Made by a program: the position numbers and the translations under genes
Shown here: one piece after another, positions 10,480 to 22,575 of the stretch
Position numbering within the stretch: the stretch's first letter is position 1
Layout of the letters: the number at the start of each line of letters is the position of its first letter
Notes under the pieces: model-generated
Told to the model about the DNA's origin: nothing
The model's input: only the letters and a program-made list of their open reading frames with translations
Database searches by the model: none
Source of the DNA: Octopus sinensis
Taxonomy: Eukaryota
Assembly (NCBI RefSeq): GCF_006345805.1
Contig: NC_042997.1
Span: 72,664,001 to 72,728,000, forward strand
Length of the DNA: 64,000 bases
Direction of reading: 5' to 3'

Positions 10480-11260
10480 ACAACGAATCATAAGGTTGCT
10501 TCGATCACATGAGCCCAAAGAGTTTTGACAGTTAGTCTTTTACGCTCACAGAGCTTTGGTGCATTCAAGTGTAGTAGGTTGCTTTTACTTTCAGTTGCAG
10601 ATTGTGAGTGGGGACAGCATTGGATTGAATAGAATCGAGAAACTCTGTCAGGTAGCTGGTGGCATTATTAACGTCATCAACATGAACTGACTTGTACCAT
10701 CTGGATTGGGATGGTACCTGTTGAATAATGGAGTATGAATACCCTGCACAATATCATTTTTGGGATCAATGTTGGCACGTTTAGGAAATCACGCACAGTT
10801 TTCAAAAGTCTTTGAAAAGCTACGATAAACTTTCAACAGAATATTTTCAGATATGTTGATTATTGTTCTACATCTGTTTGGCATTTTTGCATTTTCACAC
10901 GTCCGCGAGTAAATTATTTTTGACTCCAACACCTCAATTAAATGCACTTCTTATATTATTAGAAAGTGAAGTTTTTCATCACTTCTTCAAATGTAGGTTT
11001 TGGTTACCTGGAAAAGTTTGTGCGAAATCAGCAGAAAGTAAGACTGTGATTTCACCTATGATAGTGCTACCTCTGCGATCGAGAGTTTCGAAAGCCTGTG
11101 AAACATTGGCTAGAACTCATTTCATGCTCTCACCTAAGCTTAGCTCACGACCTCTTTCTACCCATATACTTGCCCGTATTTCACACGGAACAGCCATTTG
11201 TACGAATTTGAATGAAAGCTTAAAAGCAGAATGACCAATCGTCTCTTCCGTGAGAAAAGT
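10480..11260 (-). pseudogene. Helitron PIF1-like helicase relic
   Basis: HSAFKL, AFETLDR, VLLSADFAQTFP, RANIDPKNDIV, ATSYLTEFLDSI, AHVIEATL; many stops and frameshifts. Confidence 0.7.
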
Positions 11261-11336
11261 TATAATTCTGGATGAGGTCACGGAATCAGCAACTTGTTTC
11301 AGTAAACAAATATTTAGCTAAAACTGAGTTGCTCAA

Positions 11337-11360
11337 CTACTACTACTACTACTACTACTA

Positions 11361-11446
<86 letters not shown>

Positions 11447-11463
11447 GTAATAATAATAATAAT
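11337..11463. repeat. Compound (TAC)n(TAA)n microsatellite
   Basis: Directly visible. Confidence 0.95.
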
Positions 11464-11750
11464 TTCTTTTATTTGCCACCAGGGCGAAAGATGAGAGGAC
11501 CAATGCAAAGACAAAGTGTTGGGGTTTACATACAATGAAATTATACATATATAGTAAAAAGAGGAAAGTATACACGGTATACAATAAAAGACGGCAAGTA
11601 TATAAACTATACAACAGTAAAATAGAAGAAAATGGAAAGGAGGATAATAGTGATGTAGTCCTCCTAATATAGGAGGATCTCTAGGGATAATCGAGAAACT
11701 CCAAAGGCAAGTGCCCTCTCCAGTTCCTTTTCTCCGATTCACAGGTCTAC
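11462..11750 (-). mobile_element. 3' end of an unidentified LINE-like element with a (TTA)n tail
   Basis: Shares ccctggtggcaaataaa and ggcaagtgccctctccagttc blocks with 44639-44955. Confidence 0.6.
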
Positions 11751-12403
11751 ACTTAGAGCGGTACCATTAATATCTGTACCTTAATAAATTTTGTTGTATC
11801 TGTTGCTTGTACTCCATTATCCAAATATACATATTTGCATGCAAGAGTTTTACCCACTGAATGCAAAATTCAAAATGATTTTATGGAAATTGATAAATTC
11901 CACTTATCATTATTTTATTTTACAGAGAATTAAGCTCCTGCGAACCACGAATGAAACAAGATACCCTCATACAGAAGAGACATTGATAGTGCGTGTTTTT
12001 CTACTAAATACCCTAATTGCTGGGGCTCAACCTTATTAAGCCTCCGAAATGTAGATTTTTAATACTATATAACTCAAATATAAATTAATAAAGAAGTTCT
12101 CTTTATTGAAGCAAATTTCCGTTGTTTAGTCTTTTTAATTGTAAGTAAAATTTAATTAAAAAGTTATTATATGATTTATTATCACAAGGTCATGGCTGAG
12201 CTTTTGTAGAAGAGACAGTTTCGATAGAAACACATCCATTTCGTTAATAAAACATGTTTTTATGAAGTTATTCACTGAAGCCACTTGCACTTCTCACATC
12301 TTCATAGTTTGGCTGGAAAACATTCTGGTTTCAATGAGATGAAAATTTGATACAATATAATTTACAAACATTATTATAATGAATAACGCCCAAGAAAATT
12401 CAC

Positions 12404-12517
<114 letters not shown>

Positions 12518-12624
12518 TTGTCTGGTTGCCTGTCTGTCTCTAGATCTACATATGTATGTATGTATATATATATATGTATGTGTGTGTACGCGTGCGCGCG
12601 CGCATTATATTATATGTATGTACT

Positions 12625-13095
12625 ATATATGCAGACGTGGATGAACGGAATAGCTGTGTAGTAAAAAGTTTGCTTCTCAACTATAGGGTTCCGTCCTACT
12701 GTGTGACACCATGGGCAAATTTCTTCTACTATAGCCCCGGACCGACCAAAGTCTTTTGAGTACATTTGGTAGACGGAAACTGAAAGAGACCTGCCGTGTA
12801 TACATACGTATGTGACTATATGTGTTTGTGATTGTCCTGGAACACAGCTTGACAATCGGTGTTTCGTACGTCACCGTAACCTAGCAGTCCAGCAAAAGTA
12901 AAACGAGAGAATAAATGATAGCCTGAAAAGAATAAAAGTACTGGAATTTATTTCTTCAATTAAAAAACGCCTCAAGGCATGACAGAAGCAAGTAGATTAT
13001 ATCTATGCAGTGGGGACGATTTGTTCGACTAAAATTCTTCTATCTTCTAGGCGGCGCCCCTGGATGGCTGCACTTTGATGACTAAAACAAGTAAC
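12625..13095 (+). mobile_element. SINE family A, old diverged copy
   Basis: Head, gacggaaactgaaag core and gatgactaaaacaagtaa tail recognisable. Confidence 0.65.
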
Positions 13096-13166
13096 ACACA
13101 CATGTATGTATGTATATTTGTGTGAGTGTGCGTGTGTGTAGAGACACAGGTGTGGCTGTGCAAATA

Positions 13167-13502
13167 GGCGCAGGCGTGGCTATGTCGTAAGAAGCTTGCT
13201 TCCTAACCACATGGTTCCAGGTTCAGTCCCACTACGCGGCATCTTGGGCAAATGTCTTCTATAGCAATGTTCCTCAACCGGGGTCCATATAAAATTTATG
13301 TGCAATAAATTGCTTATACTTCTACAATGTTTCTTTTTAAATACAATTCCTAATAATATTCAATTATAAAAATGTAGCAGGGTACTTTTTATATACACTG
13401 AACGGGGCCCATTGATAGAAAAATGATTGAGAACCACTGTTCTATAGCCTCGGGCAGATGCATGCTTTGTGAATGGATTTGGTTGACGAAACCTGAAAGA
13501 AG

Positions 13503-13510
<8 letters not shown>
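13167..13510 (+). mobile_element. SINE family A 5' half, interrupted by a hAT MITE
   Basis: ggcgcaggcgtggc head with box B ggttcagtccc; sequence resumes after the MITE. Confidence 0.85.
13265..13439. mobile_element. hAT-type MITE, 175 bp
   Basis: TIRs caatgttcctcaacc / gattgagaaccactg; perfect 8-bp TSD ttctatag (13257-13264, 13440-13447). Confidence 0.9.
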
Positions 13511-13552
<42 letters not shown>

Positions 13553-13639
13553 AGGGAGAGTGTGTATTTGTGTGTGTGTGTGTATGTTTGCGCGCGCGTG
13601 TGGATCTAGTCTTTTTCATTCCCAAAATGAGCCCCGATT

Positions 13640-13915
13640 TATTCTTTATAAGTCCAGTACTTATTCTATCGGACTCTTTTGCCGAACCGCTATTTTACGG
13701 AGACACAAACACACAAACATTAGTTGTCAAGCGATGGAGGACAAACACAGACACACAGACACACTCACATATTTTACTTGTTTCAATCATTTGATTGCAG
13801 CCAAATTGGAGCACCGTCTCGAACTGTTTTTTAGTCGAACAAATCGACCCAAGAACTTTTTATTCTTTTTAAGCCTAGTACTTATTCTTAGTGATGGGGA
13901 CGTAAACAAGCCTAC
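13640..13915 (-). mobile_element. Two SINE family A 3' fragments
   Basis: gtacttattctatcgg, gccgaaccgcta and ttgtttcaatcatttga motifs in antisense. Confidence 0.7.
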
Positions 13916-14377
13916 ACAAGTAAAAGATCTGAAAATCGGCTATAATAATGAAGTCTTCCAGTTTTATTGCTTTGAAGGTATGATGTCGTGGAGAAAAAAA
14001 TAGGAAAAAAGAGTTATAGAGGTTTAAAGATCGGAAAAACTGTATTTTTAGCCAATAGTGAGACAGAAATTTTCTGCAGTTGGTGGAGCGGTATCAACGT
14101 TAAGGTTGTACCCTGTTCATTGTAGGTTTCTAAATAAACAGGAATACCTAACAAAATCAACAAATATCATCTTACTGTTTCTTTTGTCTCTAAGTTTTTA
14201 TTATTTTTTAAAAATTTGTCATACTAATATATTTGTCTGCATATGTTTACCGTATGCGTATTTCAGTATTACATATACCTGTCATGTATTTGTGGGAAAG
14301 GAAAAGACCAGATCCATCATGGGAGCGATTTGTTCGACTAAAGCAATGCTCCAGCAAGGCCGCAGTCAAATGTCCAA

Positions 14378-14437
<60 letters not shown>

Positions 14438-14957
14438 GAAAATTGATATAGATATATATGTGTGTATGCGCGCACGCGTGTGTGTGTGATGAAAACAGTT
14501 GAAAAGACTTCACACAATGAAGATAATATGAATAAAGATAACGTGTCACTGACGTTTCCAACGTCAGTCGATCTGAAAGACAAAACGGAGATAAAGGCGG
14601 GGTACTACGACTCAGTGTGTGTACGCGAAGTGTCTGGTGTGTGTATGTGTGTGTGTGTGTGTGTCTGTGTGTGTGTGTGTGTGCATGTGAGTATGTGTGT
14701 GTATGTGAGTGTGTGTGTGTGTGGTTGTGTATATGTGTGTGTTTGCCAATGTGCGCCTACTTGTTCGTGGGTTGCTTGTGAGCACGTATTTTAAGCAGTC
14801 AGCGCAAAGGCGGCTGTCGATGTCTATGCATGAAATGCACGCGTGCGCGTGTGTGTGTGGTATGACAATATACATACCAGTGGTGGAGTGCACTCGTCTT
14901 ATTAGGTGGAATAGTGTGTATTATTTTGTCTGTCTCATATAGTGGGAAAATGTCATT

Positions 14958-15000
<43 letters not shown>

Positions 15001-15221
15001 TGTTTGTATGTATGTGTGTCTGATCTTTATACTTAGATGTATACATTCACACGCATATGCGTAAACAAGTTGTATATATTTTCATAAATAACGGGATCAT
15101 CGCAATAAGTGAGATTGGCAAAATAACGTTGGCATTCTCCCGTTACGGGATTCTGTACAGTATGTATACAACATAACTGCTGATGACTACTGTATGATAC
15201 GTGAAGGTACATGCCCTGTAG

Positions 15222-15252
<31 letters not shown>

Positions 15253-15299
15253 GCATCATCATCATCATCATCATCATCTACAATATGGGAAGTTTTAAA

Positions 15300-15720
15300 G
15301 GCTAGTGCTGATTTTTTTTTAAACAAATAAAGTTCCTAGTAGGCAAACAGTTCTTAAAAAGCTCAGTTTTACCAACATGGTACACTTGTTCTAGTCTTTG
15401 GCCTCCTTCAGCAATAATTTTCTTCATTTTTCTTAAGACAAAGGGTACTAGCCCCTGTGTCCTTATTGGCAGCTTCACCGGTCGTTTAACGTCGCACAAA
15501 TTAAGGCGCCGCTTATATCTTTCAAACCAGCCTTCTCTACCAAGAAAAGGTTTTGCATAAGGAATTGCATCTTCCACCTTTTGAAAATCGTCATAGAAAC
15601 ATTTATCTTTTGGGTGATCGTCGTGTTTATTTCCACGTTGAGTCCAGTCTGATTATTGATCCACACGCTCGGGATCGATTCCATTTTAAGGATTGGATCT
15701 TCAGGCCTATGGGGGGGGGG
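15300..15720 (-). pseudogene. Tigger/pogo (CENP-B-like) transposase relic
   Basis: GREGWFERYKRRLNL and KKIIAEGG...QVYHVGKTELFK resemble SxGWFxRFKxR and QVFNxDETGLFWK. Confidence 0.75.
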
Positions 15721-16288
15721 GGACATTGTCCGGGGACCTCACGGAATAGTTACTTGAGAACTTGACCTAATTTTGTCGTTATTTTCACGTGTTATTCTCA
15801 CTGTAGACGGTATGCTTTAATGTTTTTAAAATAGGGCTGAGTTTTCATGCGCATGAACAAACCTTCGTAAAACATCAAGTTCAATGTCAACTCCTTTTCG
15901 TACTGTTGCCTTCAATCCCGCTTGAAAGTCTCTGACCTGTCATATTTAATAATGATAACGTAATTTACCTTACCATAATTTATTCTCACAGAAGCGATGA
16001 TAGACGAGAAATCCACACCAAAGAGTAAAATATTAGTGATGTTCTACGTTGGCCAATAGTACTTGACATTACTTCGGATGCAAAAATATAATAAAACGCA
16101 AGTAATGAGTAGGATTAAGCGGGAAAAAGTTCTGTTTGATTAAAGTTAGTAGCAAAATACAGGTCAGGTGAATTGGTGCACACAGAAACAAGGTGAGAGC
16201 CAGTCGATAAGGTAGCGAGTAGACGATGGCAAGTATATTGTGATCAATGAAACACAAAGACAATTGGATTAGGGAACAGACAGGGAAG

Positions 16289-16307
16289 ATGGCGGATCAG
16301 GAAACGT
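16289..16307 (+). other. Candidate first coding exon of a host gene (MADQET, phase-1 donor)
   Basis: AAGATGGCGG start context followed by GTAAGT at 16308; CCAAT at 16053 and ATTGG at 16263; local unique sequence. Confidence 0.4.
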
Positions 16308-16688
16308 GTAAGTGCCGGTGCGCTTCGAAGAGAAATACGCAGAGTTAGTTTTTATCTTTTTCCATAAGCGCGAAATTATTTTGTTTGAATCTAAAAATTA
16401 GTGTTCATACCTTACAGTTTGCGTAAGCACGAGTGATTCCTGTATTCTATATATATATATATATATGGGGGACGGGACAGGAGGAGAGAGATGGGATGGG
16501 GAGGGAGATGTGGGGGAGAGTGAAATGTGTAATTTTTAAAAACTAAGTTTTTCCTTCCGTTACTTAACCCGTCTGTAACGCTTTCATGTGATGAGTTGAA
16601 GGGAAAGAAAGAGAAAGAGGAAGAGTGTAATGTATTAAGTCGATAAAATTGTGCTTGAAGTATATAAGCGTATACATATTATCAATGA

Positions 16689-17055
16689 CTAGCAGTATCG
16701 CCGGCGTTGCTCAGGTTTGTAAGGGAAATAACTATAAAGATTTTAGAGAGTTATAGCCAAAAATAGCAAAAAAATGGGAAAAAAATGAGATAATTTTTTT
16801 GAGAGTAAAAAAAGGTGGAGTTGCGTCCCCTAGACAGTTTGCGGTTTGTGTTTATGATTCTCGACCCCATCGAAATCGATTTTTTTCAGAACTGGGGAAC
16901 CTTTCAAATTTTCGCTGGTTAGTTTTGAATTATGACATTGGGCTATGTGTGTGTCAAGTTTCATCAGAATCGGTTGAAAGCCGTGTCAGAGTGAGGGTAC
17001 AAGCAAACAGACACACAGAAACCGCACAGAAAACGCCGTTTATATTAGAGAGAGA
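16689..17055 (-). mobile_element. Non-autonomous Helitron, 367 bp
   Basis: Minus strand starts A|TCTCTC and ends with hairpin cctgagcaacgccgg + CTAG|T; empty site A|T, no TSD. Confidence 0.85.
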
Positions 17056-17160
17056 TTAGCAGATGAGCGACTATCTTTTCATTCAGACACAACACAGGCT
17101 ACGCTTTCAAGTTCTTTGGTTAAAGTTTTCAGAAATAACCCAATAGCTTTACAATTAATT

Positions 17161-17187
17161 CCGTGAAATATTCACGGGTCTTGCTAG
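17161..17187 (+). mobile_element. Helitron 3' terminus; its 5' end may lie near 16446, with the 16689-17055 element nested inside
   Basis: ccgtgaa-ata-ttcacgg hairpin followed by gtcttgCTAG|T. Confidence 0.65.
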
Positions 17188-17252
17188 TATTAAATATTGG
17201 TTTTATTCTTAGGTGTTTATACACCAAAGAATGAAACCACCTATGATATCAG

Positions 17253-17313
17253 CTAATGTACTAAATTTACTAATGTACTAAATTTACTAATGTACTAAGT
17301 TTACTAATGTACT
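17253..17313. repeat. 17-bp tandem repeat, 3.6 copies
   Basis: (ctaatgtactaaattta)n. Confidence 0.9.
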
Positions 17314-17403
17314 GTACAACAGAAATACCTTCTCTCTACACACGAGGCTAATTATATAAGCAAAAAGATAACAAAAGAGTAGATCTTCGAGTCCCTGATC
17401 ACG

Positions 17404-18010
17404 ATGTTTCACTTGGCCACAATGGAGAATAAAGATATAAGCATATACATAATATGTGTGAATGATATACTCATCATAATAGACATGCCAGACAAGTGTC
17501 GGGAAATTAAAGTTCGAACTAAAAACAGCGCAGTACTACAATTGAACATACAAAACGGCTCTAATAAAACTCTATTTGTAAACATGAATGTTGAGAGGGA
17601 AAACAACAGATACATCACGTCTATTTTTCACCAAAGACAAATATGTATATACTCAGATGTAGACAGCGAATGTACACACAGATATAAAATTTTGCAAAAC
17701 AATCCTGACTAAGGAGCGCATTTAGATTCCTCTCTAAAACAAACATTAGATAAAGAAGTTCTTAGAATAAAGCGAGCACCAATCAACAATGGGCATTTAA
17801 TCAAATAGAGACAGACAGAGAATAACACACCGACATGAATACATGAAACACCAGACCCATTAAAAATTATACAAACCATACAAAAAGTGTATTGTGTGAA
17901 TGAAATACTCATCAACTATACGAGAGATGAAAATATAAAATGTGCAATACATTCATACATTCTTTCACTCTGAAGATGAGACTATAAAGTTCTCGAATTG
18001 GTAATGATAG
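17404..18010 (+). pseudogene. Penelope-like RT C-terminal relic with decayed terminal repeat
   Basis: CVNDILII...LFVNMNVERENNRYITSIFH...SECTHRYK resembles the PLE RT palm/thumb; decayed hammerhead motif near 17970. Confidence 0.6.
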
Positions 18011-18249
18011 ATTTTAAGAATTTTATTATGTTGTTTTACAAAGCAAAACAGCATGATAATAAAAAATATAAAACTAGAACATAATTATATAAAATATGAA
18101 AAAAGAAAATATTTAAAAGAGATGTTCTCCGTACATACATGCATATATACGTACATATGTACATACATGCAGACATATACACATACACAGAAATACTTAC
18201 CTACATTCACACACACATGAATACATATACATGCAGATACACTTATAGC

Positions 18250-18280
<31 letters not shown>

Positions 18281-18319
18281 ACATACATATATATATATGT
18301 GTGTATGTGTATGTTTATG

Positions 18320-18525
18320 TACCTGTGTTTGTGCCCCCGACATCACTTGACAACCGATGCTGGTGTGTTTACGTCTCCGACACTTAGCAGTTCGGCAAAA
18401 GAGACCGAATGAATAAGTACTAGGCTTACAAAGAATAAGTCCTGGGGTCAATTTGCTCGACTAAAGGCGGTGCTCCAGCATGGCCACAATCAAATGACTA
18501 AAACAAGTAAAAGAGTAAAGGAGTA
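18320..18525 (+). mobile_element. SINE family A 3' half
   Basis: cttgacaaccgatgctgg...aaacaagtaaaagagta. Confidence 0.88.
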
Positions 18526-18539
18526 TATGATATATATAT

Positions 18540-18577
18540 ATATAATAACAATTTAATAAATAAAACATATGCATACA

Positions 18578-18610
<33 letters not shown>

Positions 18611-19809
18611 GTACATACCTACATCTATATGTATATATACATGCAAATAAACGTAGAACACAACGAGAAACGAAAACATAAAAACAAAACAAGGAAACGG
18701 ACTTTTTTTAACAACGAAAAAGCAGAGTACAAGATAAACAACACAAGGGACATCCCCCTTTTCAGCTGCCCCTGTTTCGACTCCTTGCGTGTTTCGAAGG
18801 TAAGGGCAGAACTCGACTACCTTGAAACAGTAAAGCGAAGTAAATAAAATTTTTTTTGCGGAGGGGTAAAAAATGGTGACAAGAACAGGACGTAAAAGCA
18901 ATACAAATAAAGAAAAAGCAGTACAAATAAAAATAAAAACAGTAAAAGACAGGATAAGGAAACCAACAATAAGGGCTTTTTTTAAGCCTTGACGGTGGAA
19001 AAATTCATTTGAACGCATTCTGAAGAACGACTTGCAAAGACAGAAAAGCCGACGTTGACTTGTTGAAGACAGTAGACAGAAAGAAAGTTAGTAGCCCTCT
19101 GGTCAGCGACGAGAGGGAGGAGGAAGAGGAACGATGAAAGGGAGAGGAGAAGAAACCAGAAAGGGTGCAAAATAAGAGAGGTAGAGAGATAGGTAGAGAG
19201 GAAGACAGACAGGCAGGGAGGAAAGGTCCAGAAAGAAAGTTAGTAGCCCTCTGGTCAGCGACGAGAGGGAGGAGGAGGAGGAACGGTGAAAGGGGTCGTC
19301 TTCTTCTTCCAAGTAAGTTTTATTTCAATAATTATGACGCGTATTTATTTGACCTCCCTGCCTGTCTGTCTTCATCTCTACCTGTCTCTCTCCCTCTCTT
19401 ATTTCCCACCCTTTCTGGTTTCTTCTCCTCTCCCTTATTGTTGGTTTCCTTGTCCTGTCTTTTACTGTTTTTATCTTTATTTGTACTGTGTTTTTCTTTA
19501 TTTGTATTGCTTTTACGTCCTGTTCTTGTCACTTTTTTTTACCCCTCCGCAAAATTTTTTATTTACTTCGCTAGTAGTCGTGTTCTGCTCTTACCTTCGA
19601 AACACGCAATGAGTCGAAACAGGGGTAGCTGAAGAAGGGGGGTGTCCCTTGTGTTGTTTGTCTTGTACTCTGTTTTTTCGTTTTTATGTTTTCGTTTCTC
19701 GTTGTGTTCTACGTTTATTTGTATATATGCATGTATATATACATATAGATGTAGGTATGTACATATATGTATGTATGCATATGTTTTATTTATTAAATTG
19801 TTATTATAT
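18540..19809. repeat. Large nested inverted repeat (arms ~18540-18975 and ~19432-19809; inner arms ~19140-19220 and ~19353-19431)
   Basis: Manual reverse-complement alignment; a related single copy lies at ~24215-24720. Confidence 0.85.
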
Positions 19810-19839
19810 GATCGAACGCACGCATCGTCTTCTTCCAAT

Positions 19840-20754
19840 TATATATATATATATATATATATAAAACTGAGAGTGTGTGTGTGTGTCTGTCTGTCTGTGT
19901 GAATCCCTAAAACTTGAGAACTACACAATCAATTTCATTCAAATTTTACACATGCCTTACTTAGGGTCCATGGAGTGTCATGGGCAAAAGATCGGCATAA
20001 ATTGTCAAGTAAATGAGAAGCATCTTTGTTTCCACTGATTCAGTTGCAAAGTGTTGAGTAAATTTATTTGATTGCAGACCTCCTTTCAGTCTTTTGCAAA
20101 CTCCAGAGGTGACACTTTCATTTCTCCTTAGCCCTCACGTCACGCAGTTGTTAATGTTTATATCAGTTGGGCCACGCCCTTCCAATTGCTATAGATTCGT
20201 AAGGCATCTTACGGCTGTGCCTGTCATCTGGATGGTGAGGAATCCTTCATTGGTAGTGGTAACGACTAGGGTAGGGTAACTGACTGCTTATTGTGATCAT
20301 TCGTCTTTTGGTTTACTGTTGCTTTGCTCTCTTTTACAAACCCAGAGAACATGTATTTCCTAATTCAAAGAAATTCAAACAATAGATATAAGACCCAAGT
20401 TAAAAAGATTCTCAACAATTCAACTTCTCTGGTTGACATTAAAATGCCCACCCCCAACAGGGGCCTTAACTCTCACATTTTAGAGCTCCCATGACCTTCA
20501 TTTTTCAGGAGCAAAATCTTTTTAACAGGTTCAATAAGACTGGAATTTTGGAATAGGCGCATAAAAATCAGTAGTATGGGATACATGTGGCACGATTACA
20601 ATTTTTGGGGGTATGTAAAGAGGGAAATAACCCTCATCTGCAATTTTGATGAAATTCGAAACATAGATATTCCAGTTCATTAGAGAAAAATATAACAGAA
20701 AAGTCTAATTCTTCAATTGTATGTAACACGGGCAACGCCGGGTATCTCTGCTAG
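19840..20754 (+). mobile_element. Non-autonomous Helitron (5' end lies within a TA tract)
   Basis: Starts tatataaaactgag; ends cacgggcaacgccgggtatctctgCTAG|T. Confidence 0.8.
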
Positions 20755-22100
20755 TCTCTATAAAACTGAAATGTGCAAAGTTTGTTTGTTTGTTTGACTC
20801 AACCGCTTGGCCCGCTTTCAACGCCACTACATCCCGTCTGATTGACTCCAAAATTTACTGGGACATGTAAAATGAGGTGACGATGCCCGTGGGCATCGTT
20901 AAAAGGTGTCGTTGCTAAGGCCAAAAACCCACTTTGACAAGTCCACTCTCAGTCTTTTATGTATCTGTCTTCCTCACTCACTCACTCACTCTATTTCCTC
21001 CCTTCCCATCACTTTCTATATATAACGTCGATTCGTCAAACGGCGTTCTACAGAGCTTTCACACTCTCTCTCTCTCTACACGTCTGTCTGCATTCATACA
21101 GACAATTATCATCGCCATCACCACCACACAGGTTTGGGTGGCCGCACAGGTACAGTTAGACAACGGTTAATAACATTCGATGTTGATAATGCCTGGATTG
21201 TTCCATTCAACCCTTTGCTTTCCAAAACATTTAATGCACACATTAATGTTGAGTACTGCAGTTCGGTGAGATGCATACAATGCCTCTGCAAGTACATTAA
21301 TAAGGGCGATGATATGGCCGTGTTTGTGTTCAGTGATGAAGACCTTAGACATGACGAAATTAAACAATTCGTTTTCGGTAGGTATGTATCCTCCAATGAT
21401 GCAGCGTGGCGCATTTTTCGATACGAGATTCATCTAAGCTCACCATCAGTTTTCCACCTGAATGTTCAATTACAGAAGAGACAGCTGGTTTACTTCACAG
21501 AGAAAAATGCACGTCAAGTCATTGAAAATCCAAAAGGGACTACGTTTACAGCGTTTTTTAAATTGTGTTCAGTTGATGAGTTTACTGTTACTCTCATTTA
21601 CCCTGAAGTACCGGAATATTACACATACAACAACAATAATTGGAAGCGCAGGTCACATGGAACAGAACTTGACAATTGGCCCGGTGTTTCTAGGAAGAAC
21701 GTCATTGGGCGTGTGTATAATATTCATCCTACCAAACAGGAAATCTTCTTTTTGAGAATGCTGCTTCATGTAGTTACTGGACCGAAGTCTTTTGCTGATC
21801 TTCGCACGGTTGATGGTATCATCTGTGCCACTTACAGGGAAGCATGTTTGAGGCGCGGACTACTTCTCAATGACGACCACTTACACAGGACATTATCAGA
21901 GGCCTCCAAATGAAATTAATTTATATATGTGTATGTGTATCTATATATAAATATGTATATATAATGTATATATACAAAGTGTAAATATCTGTATTTATAT
22001 ATATATATTATATATATATATATATATATAATTTGTATACATTTATATATATATATATACCACACTCTTACCCGCGCGTAGAGCGGGTCACCTGCAGTTA

Positions 22101-22101
<1 letters not shown>
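20755..22101 (+). mobile_element. Internally deleted Helitron carrying a RepHel fragment
   Basis: Starts TCTCTATAAAACTG; ends with hairpin acccgc-gcgtaga-gcgggt and TTAG|T. Confidence 0.8.
21134..21913 (+). pseudogene. Helitron RepHel fragment (region between Rep and helicase)
   Basis: DNAWIVPFNPLLSKTFNAHINVEYCSSV, KYINKG, GRYVSSNDAAWRIF, LRMLLHVVTGPKSFADLRTVDG, TYREAC. Confidence 0.93.
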
Positions 22102-22153
<52 letters not shown>

Positions 22154-22269
22154 ATATATTATAATAAATTAGAGACAAAACCACTATTATGCAAATCAAA
22201 CAAAGAAAGACTTAAGCCAATACATAAAATATAAAATAATTTATATAAATCAAAATTTAACAAATGAAT

Positions 22270-22321
22270 AACCACTACGATCGTTTCGTGTCAGCACATC
22301 TTAGACATTCTTCAGGTGGTT
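22270..22321 (-). ncRNA. Minimal type I hammerhead ribozyme (Penelope terminal-repeat type)
   Basis: AACCAC-CTGAAGA-ATGTC..GACAC-GAAA-C-GATC-G-TA-GTGGTT: 6-bp stem I, intact core, palindromic stem III. Confidence 0.8.
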
Positions 22322-22391
22322 TCTAAACCTTCTTAGCGAGTTATAAACTATGAAGTTAAACTTCATACGGTCTAAGACGTGAATACGCATT

Positions 22392-22458
<67 letters not shown>

Positions 22459-22575
22459 CGTATGTGTGCGCGTGTGTATGTGTCTGTGTGTATACATACA
22501 TACACACCCACACATATATACAGTAACTGTTGTTTGTCAAGTGAGTTGATCTAAGACCATATATATTTATATATA

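Noticed and set aside
14489-14640. Protein-like stretch MKTVEKTSHNEDN...
   Set aside because: Short, bounded by microsatellites, with no splice signals or homology I can support
16289-16307. Calmodulin (starts MADQ)
   Set aside because: The sequence continues ET, not LTEEQ, and no EF-hand exons were found
19590-19650. Type II hammerhead (GAAAC...GTC...CTGAAGA)
   Set aside because: Stem II pairing would consume core bases, stem I is missing, and the inverted copy lacks CUGANGA
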